Source: Candidatus Omnitrophota bacterium
Lineage (GTDB): Bacteria; Omnitrophota; Omnitrophia; Omnitrophales; Aquincolibacteriaceae
Direction: 5' to 3'
NCBI GenBank assembly: GCA_030698625.1
Contig: JAUYMS010000027.1
Span: 39,781-103,780 of the forward strand
DNA length: 64,000 bases
Positions 48,695-56,213 of this stretch are shown one piece after another (position 1 is the stretch's first letter; every line of letters starts with the position of its first letter). A program made the translations under genes and the position numbers. The notes beneath the pieces are model-generated. The model made no database searches and was not told the origin of the DNA. It worked only from the letters and a program-made list of their open reading frames with translations.

Positions 48695-49665
48695 GATTCC
48701 TGCTCCCCGCCACCGCTCCAAAAGCGCTGGCCCGTTTTATGAAGATAAACGTCTTCTAAGGTTGGCCGGCGAAATGTGACGGCTTGAATAACTCCGGGAA
48801 ACGTCTCCACCAGTTTGGCAACAAAACCGGCGGCGTGCTCATGTTCCATCTGAAGGCTTCCTTTCAAAACCACGCACTTGATTCCAAAAGTCTCTTCGAT
48901 TTTGTGCGCCAGCTGTTCCTCAGAATTTGTCTGAATTTCTAAAACATCGGCACCTATCTCTCCCTTTAAGAGATCCGGCGCGCCCAAGCAAACAAGCTCT
49001 CCGTCACTCAGTATCGCAATCCGGTCGCAGTTCTCAGATTCATCCGTCATATGCGTGGTCACCATGACTGTCACCTTCTCTTGGTCCCGCAATGCGCGCA
49101 GATATTTCCATAAATCAACCCGCGCTCCGGGATCCAGGCCCGTGGAAGGTTCATCCAAAAGAAGGAGTTTCGGGCCATGCAGTAAGCCCTTCGCAATCTC
49201 CACGCGCCTTTTCAAACCACCCGAAAGTTTTCCCACAAGATCACGCGCCCGGTCACTGACCCCAAGCTCTTCCAATAACTCGTGACACCTTTTCTTTAGG
49301 GCATTGCCTCCGAGCCCATAAAGATAGCCCTGGTATCGTAAATTTTCAAAAACAGTCAATTTGTCATCAAGGCTTGGGGACTGGAAGACCACGCCGATCT
49401 GGCGGCGCACGTCGTTGGCCGACTGTGCCAAGGCGAAACCGCCGACACGAATTTCACCGGACGTCGGGCGAAAGAGAGTCGACAATATTCCGAATAGCGT
49501 CGACTTTCCGGACCCATTCGGCCCGAGCAATCCAAAAATCTCGCCGCAAGCCACTTCAAAGCTCACGCCCCGAAGTGCTTCGCGAGTGCCATAACTGTGC
49601 CGAAGCGCCTTGATGGTGATCAGAGTTTGAGTAGCCATTGCTTGCAGTTCTTCCACGTTAGGCAT
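48691..49665 (-). CDS. ABC-2 type transporter ATPase (DrrA-like)
   Basis: GPNGSGKST, LSGGLKRR, LDEPSTGLD, PTLEDVYL. Confidence 0.92.
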   Translation of the reverse strand: MPNVEELQAMATQTLITIKALRHSYGTREALRGVSFEVACGEIFGLLGPNGSGKSTLFGILSTLFRPTSGEIRVGGFALAQSANDVRRQIGVVFQSPSLDDKLTVFENLRYQGYLYGLGGNALKKRCHELLEELGVSDRARDLVGKLSGGLKRRVEIAKGLLHGPKLLLLDEPSTGLDPGARVDLWKYLRALRDQEKVTVMVTTHMTDESENCDRIAILSDGELVCLGAPDLLKGEIGADVLEIQTNSEEQLAHKIEETFGIKCVVLKGSLQMEHEHAAGFVAKLVETFPGVIQAVTFRRPTLEDVYLHKTGQRFWSGGGEQES

Positions 49666-50567
49666 TAGATGATCTTATCGATAACCATAAAGGAAAATAA
49701 GAGAACAATATAGATAAGCGAGGCACGGAACAAAACCGGAGCACTCTCGTTCAGAGTCGACAGACTGGCTGTATTCAACGCCAGATAAGCCATACCGATG
49801 AGAAGCGCGCCAATAAAATAAAAAGAGCCCGTGAGCCCGACGACTGTCGGCAGAAGGCTCGCGAACAACAGGGCGAGGGAATAAAAAAACATGCGCCGTC
49901 CGAGACCCGGCCCGTTTAATTCGCTTTCGGAGAGAACTAAAAAGCCGGCAACTTGATACTCATCACGATATCTCCAGGCGATCGCCAAAAAGTGCGGGAT
50001 CTGCCACAGATACATGATCGCAAAAAGGGTCCACGCACCCGAAGACAAAGACCCCGTGCTCGCTGACCACCCTATAAGCGGCGGTAAAGCGCCCGAAACG
50101 GCTCCGGCCAGAATGCAAAGCGACGTCTTGCGTTTCAACGGAGTATACGCGAAAAGATAAGTCGCAACCGTCAAGGCAGCGACGGAGGCGGCGATAAGAT
50201 TGATTCTGAGCAACAAATAGGCAAGACCTGCCATGGTCAAGAAAGTGCCCCAGACAAACCCCGCAAAAGCCGAAATCCGGCCTGCCGGAATCGGGCGCCC
50301 GGCTGTGCGCGGCATGCGGCCGTCGGCCTGGCGCTCCATCCACTGGTTCAGCGCCAATGATCCCGCACCGACTAAACCCGTCGCCAAGAGTGTGTGCAGC
50401 AACAACACCATGTCCATCGGTAACGCTGAAGCAAGAAAAAAGCCCACCCCCGTCGTTAGTAAAACGAAAAACACAATCGACGGCTTTGCCAATTGCCACA
50501 AGGCCCGTATGATTTCCCGCTTTCCTATATTGGAAGTTGCCTTCGTTTGAGGCGCCGACATGCTCAC
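49665..50567 (-). CDS. ctaB: Protoheme IX farnesyltransferase (heme O synthase)
   Basis: LAKP, NQWMERQADGRMPRT..RP, YTPLKR, GALPP, WQIPHF. Confidence 0.95.
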   Translation of the reverse strand: MSMSAPQTKATSNIGKREIIRALWQLAKPSIVFFVLLTTGVGFFLASALPMDMVLLLHTLLATGLVGAGSLALNQWMERQADGRMPRTAGRPIPAGRISAFAGFVWGTFLTMAGLAYLLLRINLIAASVAALTVATYLFAYTPLKRKTSLCILAGAVSGALPPLIGWSASTGSLSSGAWTLFAIMYLWQIPHFLAIAWRYRDEYQVAGFLVLSESELNGPGLGRRMFFYSLALLFASLLPTVVGLTGSFYFIGALLIGMAYLALNTASLSTLNESAPVLFRASLIYIVLLFSFMVIDKII

Positions 50568-51451
50568 TTTCTGAAACCTGCCCTCTCCTGATCGAATGAA
50601 ATCTTTAGATTCAGTAAAACACTCAGCCCCAGTATTAGTGCTCCGGTCGATTGATGCGCCACGGTGAAAAAAACTTCTGATTTGGGCGGGCTGTAACCTG
50701 CTTCCAGGACTTGCGTGAAAATAAAGGCCCCGAATCCTAGGAAGATTTGAACTAACGTCAGTAAGCCGAGGATCACCGCAAGCCGCTTAAAGGACGCTTC
50801 GTCCTCGGAAAAATTGGAGCTTCGAAGAACGACGAACAAAACGTGAATCAAAACCAAAAAAGCAACGATGACGTGCGGAATTATACCATAACCGGTATGA
50901 CGAACTGTAGCGCCTAGTACAAGCTGAAGGTAGACCCACGAGCTTGTCAGGAGCATTAGCCGGCGAAACGACACTTGTTGAGCCTGCCGTGCAAGGGAGA
51001 CTTCTGCCTGGAATGGGCAAAGAAAGAAGGCTAGAGCAATCACAAGACAGAAGAATGTCTGGGCTAAAACCGCATGCGCAATTGAGACCGGCGGAGGCAG
51101 AAGGGTGACCACGGTGAGGCCTCCGAGAAGCGCTTGGATAACAACCGCCGCAAGCGCGATCAAAGCCATTTTTTTAAGGCGCTTACGCGGCTCCCAGATC
51201 TGTATCGAAACCGCCAGGGCAAGCGTCAACAGGCCCACGGTTCCGGCAATCATTCGGTGCCCGTGTTCCCAGAAGACGTTACCGACCATGGGCGGGAACC
51301 ACTGCCCGTAAGAAAGCGGCCAATCGGGCACCGCAAGGCCGGCGTCATGACTCGTGACCAAACCCCCTGCGACCAGCAGCGCGAGCGTACACCCGGCTAA
51401 GATAAGCGAAAAATAATACAATCCCCTGGAACGTTTCGTCATGATAGACAT
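50564..51451 (-). CDS. ctaA: Heme A synthase (COX15/CtaA)
   Basis: GGLVT...AGLAVPDWP, EHGHR, QALLGG and conserved His residues. Confidence 0.9.
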   Translation of the reverse strand: MSIMTKRSRGLYYFSLILAGCTLALLVAGGLVTSHDAGLAVPDWPLSYGQWFPPMVGNVFWEHGHRMIAGTVGLLTLALAVSIQIWEPRKRLKKMALIALAAVVIQALLGGLTVVTLLPPPVSIAHAVLAQTFFCLVIALAFFLCPFQAEVSLARQAQQVSFRRLMLLTSSWVYLQLVLGATVRHTGYGIIPHVIVAFLVLIHVLFVVLRSSNFSEDEASFKRLAVILGLLTLVQIFLGFGAFIFTQVLEAGYSPPKSEVFFTVAHQSTGALILGLSVLLNLKISFDQERAGFRK

Positions 51452-51461
51452 AGGACCTTCA

Positions 51462-52280
51462 TCAGTGAGATGAATTCTGGCGAGCTTCCTCTTTAGAAGG
51501 TGTACTCCAAATCAGATTGTTTTTACTGCCGATAAAACCCATGGCCGGGTCTTCGCCGGACGCCTGCATCAATCCCACGCTCGGCAACCCGTTATCCCCG
51601 TAAAAGAAAAGGCCGCGAGTTCCCTCTTCGGAGACATTTAGTTTGATTGCCGCTTTCTTGTCATCTCGGCTGAAGAGAAGGCTCGGCCGATCGCCCTCGG
51701 CGAGCTCGAGCCGCATGCGGGAAGTTCCGTTGTCATCCAAAAATTCTAACCTCGGCTGACTTGTCTCACCGATACCTAAGGCCATGCGGCGATTGCCTTG
51801 CTGATCATAAAGCGCCAATCCGGAAACACCGCTTTCCAACGCCCCTAACACGACGACTGGCTGAGTGTTTGGTCCGTAAAGCTTTAGAGTCGGTGCCTCG
51901 CTAAATGCCTGGTCCAGCACCATCAGCGGATTTCCTTCGCTATCGACGAAGGCAAACGCCAACCTCCCGTCTTCTTCGACGCCCAAAGAACCCCGGTAAT
52001 TTCCGTCCTTATCAACTACAAAAAATTTTTCCGCCTGTGTTCGCGCGGACCTCTCGACAACCTTTTCAATCACCATGGGCTCTTCGCGAAAAACCCAAAT
52101 CGAAACCATCCCTCCTACCCATCCCGCAATCAGACTGAGTAGAAAAATCCACAGATACGGCGTGCGCCCCTTCGACGCAGCCACGGGCGCACTATCAAAC
52201 GTGGATTCTTTTATCGCGATGCGCTCTTCTAAAAATGGCTGGTCGATTTGAATCTTATTCATCGGCGGCTTATCCCCCAA
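51462..52280 (-). CDS. Membrane-anchored hypothetical protein with ~23-aa beta-strand repeats
   Basis: One TM, then repeats of the form (L/F)xDxxGxxRxxL. Confidence 0.7.
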   Translation of the reverse strand: MGDKPPMNKIQIDQPFLEERIAIKESTFDSAPVAASKGRTPYLWIFLLSLIAGWVGGMVSIWVFREEPMVIEKVVERSARTQAEKFFVVDKDGNYRGSLGVEEDGRLAFAFVDSEGNPLMVLDQAFSEAPTLKLYGPNTQPVVVLGALESGVSGLALYDQQGNRRMALGIGETSQPRLEFLDDNGTSRMRLELAEGDRPSLLFSRDDKKAAIKLNVSEEGTRGLFFYGDNGLPSVGLMQASGEDPAMGFIGSKNNLIWSTPSKEEARQNSSH

Positions 52281-52599
52281 AAAACGTTTTGATGGAGCGC
52301 GCCGAATCCTCGTAGAGGGACGCTATTTCATTACGTGTGTCGCCGAAAATGGATTTATTCATCATTTGGTTCTTGAAATCATACCACTCTCTCTGGAAAT
52401 CGGGCTGGCGCATAAGCACAAAACAACATACGAACAGAACAGCCCCCGCTAAAACAAAGAGAATGACATTGGGATTTTTCCGAGGTGACAACCCATCCCC
52501 ATGCCCTGGGTTTTTTATGAGAAGCCGGCCGCAAAACCGGCACTTGACTGCAGTTAGGCCAATCTCCCTGGCGCAATAGGGGCATTTCTTATTCTCCAT
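52270..52599 (-). CDS. Zinc-ribbon single-TM protein
   Basis: KKCPYCAREI...KCRFCG followed by a TM helix. Confidence 0.75.
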   Translation of the reverse strand: MENKKCPYCAREIGLTAVKCRFCGRLLIKNPGHGDGLSPRKNPNVILFVLAGAVLFVCCFVLMRQPDFQREWYDFKNQMMNKSIFGDTRNEIASLYEDSARSIKTFFGG

Positions 52600-52739
52600 G
52601 GACACATCAAACTACCAAAGTAGGCCTGTAATAGCAAGCCCCCTCGAGCGTCTAAAGGAATTTGTTTGGGGGCATAACGCTTTGGTGTATCATGGGCCTC
52701 TTCGCAACGACCTACTAAAAATCGGGAGGTATCAACGCC

Positions 52740-54071
52740 ATGAGATCGCCTTGGTGTTTAGCTAGTTTCGCAAGTCTTCTACTCCTTTCTATTCCAAAAA
52801 TCGCATGGGCGGCGGAGACCCCGGAGGTCGATTCGGGAATCACTGCTTGGATGCTTACGTCAACCGCTCTCGTGCTCTTAATGATACCGGGCCTTGCGTT
52901 GTTTTACGGGGGGCTCGTGCGGACGAAAAACGTCCTCGGTACAATGATGCACAGTTTTGGTGCGATGGCCGTCATCGGTGTTCTGTGGGTCGTTTGCGGT
53001 TACGCCCTGAGCTTCGGACCCAGCGTCCTCGGCGGATGGATCGGTTGGAGCAACGACTTACTTTTTCTTAAGGGAATCGACGATACGATTATGGACGCCG
53101 GTATTCCTGAGTACGTATTCGCCATGTTTCAGGGGAAGTTCGCCATCATCACGCCAGCTTTGATCGCGGGCGCGTTCGCCGAACGCGTTCGGTTTCGCGG
53201 ATACTGCGTTTTCATCGCATTGTGGTCCGTACTCGTCTATGCTCCCCTCTGTCATTGGGTCTGGGCTGAGGATGGGTTTCTTTTCAACATGGGTGCCAAC
53301 GGTGCGATTGACTTCGCCGGCGGAACCGTCGTTCACATTTCTGCGGGAATAGCCGCACTAGCCGTCATCAGCGTTATTGGATCGCGCCGCGGTTATCCCA
53401 AAACGGCAATGTCGCCTAACAATAACGTCCTCACACTTCTCGGAGCCGGCTTGCTCTGGGTTGGCTGGTTCGGATTTAATGCCGGCAGCTCCGTCTCAAG
53501 CGGTTTGGATACTGCGCGCGCTCTAACTGTAACCCAAGTTGCGGCAGCTTCAGGCGCCCTAGCGTGGATCGTCATCGAGGGCATAAAGCACCATAAAGCC
53601 ACGAGCCTTGGCATTGCCAGTGGTATTTTGGCCGGCCTCGTTGCGATAACGCCGGCGGCCGGAGTCGTACAGCCGTGCGGGGCTATCGCACTGGGTTTGG
53701 GGGCGTCCTTGATATGCTACCTCGCGATCGGCTTAAAAAATAAACTCGGTTACGATGATAGCCTCGACGTATTCGGCATTCATGGAGTAGCCGGGATCTT
53801 CGGCGCGATTTTTCTTACGTTCTTCATCCGTCCCAGCTGGATGGAAGAAGCTCGGGAACTCGCAGGAGGTTCTTGGACCGTCATGAACCAGCTCGGAGTT
53901 CAAGCCACTGCAGTTGCCATTACGATAGCCTACACCGCCATCGTCACCCTTATCCTTACCCTTCTTGTCGAAAAAACAGTCGGTTTTCGTGCATCGCAGA
54001 GGGATGAGATCACCGGCTTGGATGGCAGTTTACATGGTGAGCAGGGATACGGTCTCTTGAACCTGAACTAA
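52740..54071 (+). CDS. amtB: Ammonium transporter
   Basis: LMIPGLALFYGG, DFAGGTVVH, GWFGFNAGS, DDSLDVFGIHG. Confidence 0.97.
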   Translation: MRSPWCLASFASLLLLSIPKIAWAAETPEVDSGITAWMLTSTALVLLMIPGLALFYGGLVRTKNVLGTMMHSFGAMAVIGVLWVVCGYALSFGPSVLGGWIGWSNDLLFLKGIDDTIMDAGIPEYVFAMFQGKFAIITPALIAGAFAERVRFRGYCVFIALWSVLVYAPLCHWVWAEDGFLFNMGANGAIDFAGGTVVHISAGIAALAVISVIGSRRGYPKTAMSPNNNVLTLLGAGLLWVGWFGFNAGSSVSSGLDTARALTVTQVAAASGALAWIVIEGIKHHKATSLGIASGILAGLVAITPAAGVVQPCGAIALGLGASLICYLAIGLKNKLGYDDSLDVFGIHGVAGIFGAIFLTFFIRPSWMEEARELAGGSWTVMNQLGVQATAVAITIAYTAIVTLILTLLVEKTVGFRASQRDEITGLDGSLHGEQGYGLLNLN

Positions 54072-54090
54072 TTGAGCGCGGAGAAAAATC

Positions 54091-54432
54091 ATGAAATTAC
54101 TTACGATTATTATTCAACCCGATAAACTCGACGAAGTACGTCAATCGCTTTTCGATGCGGGCATTACCCGCATCACGGTAAACCGCTGCACGGGTCACGG
54201 CAGACAGGAAAATGAGGAGCTCTACCGGGGCCAAGCCGTTACACCCAACCTGATCCCGAAAGTTAAGCTTGATATTGCTTGCAATGATGAGTTTGTGGAT
54301 ATCGCCATCGCAGCGGTCTTAAGCTCCGCCAAACATAACGGGGGGAAAATCGGCGACGGGAAAATATTCGTAACGCCTTTAGAAAAATGCATACGAATAC
54401 GGACCGGCGAATCCGGCGGAGCCGCGATCTAA
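54091..54432 (+). CDS. glnK: P-II nitrogen regulator
   Basis: GHGRQ, YRG, PKVK, GKIGDGKIF, IRIRTGE. Adjacent to amtB. Confidence 0.93.
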   Translation: MKLLTIIIQPDKLDEVRQSLFDAGITRITVNRCTGHGRQENEELYRGQAVTPNLIPKVKLDIACNDEFVDIAIAAVLSSAKHNGGKIGDGKIFVTPLEKCIRIRTGESGGAAI

Positions 54433-54647
54433 AGCCTAAAGGTTTCGTCCTTTGGCTTGAATTTATCTCTTACATCGTTGAGCTTTTTATCAACGGCGAG
54501 AAAGATCTCCTTAATTTGGGCATCAGAATATTCGTAGCTGTGCTTGTTGCCGCAGTGCCCCAGGATATCGAGTTTCTTAATGACCTCGTTGGTACGCTTT
54601 GCTGCAAGCCTACGAAATCGTTCGCGTTTGCTATCCGGTGTCTCCAT
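54429..54647 (-). CDS. Small helical hypothetical protein
   Basis: KRERFRRLAAKRTNEV...LGHCGN..SYEY pattern, resembling small proteins often seen in mobile or restriction-modification contexts. GGAGAG RBS. Confidence 0.65.
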   Translation of the reverse strand: METPDSKRERFRRLAAKRTNEVIKKLDILGHCGNKHSYEYSDAQIKEIFLAVDKKLNDVRDKFKPKDETFRL

Positions 54648-54776
54648 GGAATTCGCTCTCCTGTCTTAGGTTGGGATTCTGTCGGTAACCTGTCGTTAAC
54701 AGAAACAGATCCTATGATTAAGGTATAGCATATGAACTCCGGAAATTATTGGAAGCCGCTATAAATAAAGAGGTTA

Positions 54777-54820
54777 TGAATGCAAAAACCCGCTCGTTCG
54801 TGAGCGGGTTTTTGCATTCA
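54777..54820. terminator. Bidirectional intrinsic terminator
   Basis: 19-bp perfect inverted repeat TGAATGCAAAAACCCGCTC-N6-GAGCGGGTTTTTGCATTCA, with U-tracts on both strands. Confidence 0.85.
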
Positions 54821-54847
54821 GGTTGGAAACATCGGATTCCGAGCTTA

Positions 54848-55330
54848 CTACCGGCCCAAATCCGCCGTTGTTTGCGCTTCGGTAAGCAATGGCGAGTTAA
54901 TATTAAATCCGTGAACTCGCCACTGATCGCCATCATAGAGCATCGTCACGAGCATGCGGCCCTCGTTATCTTTTGAGTAGATAACGTCAAATTTGACAAT
55001 CTTCAAACCGCGCCCCTCACCGGGCGCCACATCGTCAGTCACATCCGTACCCGCACTATGGTTGACATAATTCCCCACAACGGCCTGAGCCGTCTCAAGC
55101 AATTTTGTCGTCATCCCCGTTGTCTCGATCGCAGCATAGCCAGCCGAAACAAACTCATGTGCTGCCGCCGCATCACCGGGCGTCTCATACAACGCAGTGA
55201 TAAATCCGTCGGCAACAGCAAGCGCTTCCTCCGTCTGCCGCGCACCGGAAAATTCTCCGGCGTAATAAGCCCCGAAAACACCTGCGACGATCAATGCGAC
55301 AGAGATAATGATCTTCGGCTTCATGCCCAT
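54848..55330 (-). CDS. Membrane-anchored hypothetical protein (NTF2/DUF4019-like)
   Basis: N-terminal TM, C-terminal QWRVHGFNI strand. Confidence 0.6.
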   Translation of the reverse strand: MGMKPKIIISVALIVAGVFGAYYAGEFSGARQTEEALAVADGFITALYETPGDAAAAHEFVSAGYAAIETTGMTTKLLETAQAVVGNYVNHSAGTDVTDDVAPGEGRGLKIVKFDVIYSKDNEGRMLVTMLYDGDQWRVHGFNINSPLLTEAQTTADLGR

Positions 55331-55334
55331 GGCG

Positions 55335-56039
55335 TTACCCCGTAAAAGTAAAACTGGCCGACTGCGGAGCAGCGTCATCGACTGTAACATTCATAGTCTG
55401 TGTTCCGTATTTTTCGTGCCAGGCTTCCAGTACATAAGAGCCTGCGGGCAAGTCCTTGATTTCAAAACTACCGTCACTGCCGGTAGTGCTGAAAAAAGGG
55501 TGAGAAACGACACCCACATAAGCATTCATCCAGGGGTGAACGTCACACTTAAACTTTACCATCACCTCGGCGCTATCAAATTTCCTTTTAACACGCATGC
55601 CCGGAATCGGCATTCCAAGATTAAACTCCTTGGAGTTCTTCGGCAGACCGTGAACATTGTGCAGAGTGGGGTCGCTGTTGATAATGTCAACCGGCTGACC
55701 TACCTGCACGCCGAAGACATGAGGCTTATATTGACACCCTTTTTGATCAAGGGTTACCGGAGTGCTGGGCGTATCAAAGGTCTGTCCCTCGAGTCCTTCC
55801 TTCACATAGACAAATACGTTCTGCAGAGCCCCTGCGTCGCCGACAACCACTTCTTCGCTCAAAACGGATTCACTATGTGCACCGGCACAGGTCGGATCGG
55901 CATCCATACTAATGACCGCCGCTTCCGGCGCGGCTCCATCAAATTTAACGGTCCCGGAAACCATCCCCGCATAAGAGGATGCGCTCCACACCGCAAGCAC
56001 AAATAGAGTCGTAAGAGTTACTTTGGCTATCTTCTTCAT
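55335..56039 (-). CDS. Secreted cupredoxin-like / carboxypeptidase-regulatory-like domain protein
   Basis: Signal peptide. LDQKGCQYKPHV, HNVH, KCDVHPWM (type-1 Cu-like ligands), LPAGSY.LEAWHE. Confidence 0.75.
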   Translation of the reverse strand: MKKIAKVTLTTLFVLAVWSASSYAGMVSGTVKFDGAAPEAAVISMDADPTCAGAHSESVLSEEVVVGDAGALQNVFVYVKEGLEGQTFDTPSTPVTLDQKGCQYKPHVFGVQVGQPVDIINSDPTLHNVHGLPKNSKEFNLGMPIPGMRVKRKFDSAEVMVKFKCDVHPWMNAYVGVVSHPFFSTTGSDGSFEIKDLPAGSYVLEAWHEKYGTQTMNVTVDDAAPQSASFTFTG

Positions 56040-56213
56040 GGTATCCCTCCCAGGATTTAATAATTTCGAGAAATAGGGCGCTTGTAGCCTGTAACACTTT
56101 GACGATACTACAGGCAAATTTATTTAATTCCAGTTAACTTTTTATAAGCGCAGGCTCACGCCACCGTAACTTGTTCTTCAGAAAGAAGTTAGGGGGTTGA
56201 CGTTCTGTAAACT

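Noticed and set aside
17248-55345. Many 60-235 aa antisense or out-of-frame ORFs (e.g. 17248..17931, 33623..34315, 42392..43066, 46527..47234)
   Set aside because: They overlap well-supported genes and show no recognisable domains.
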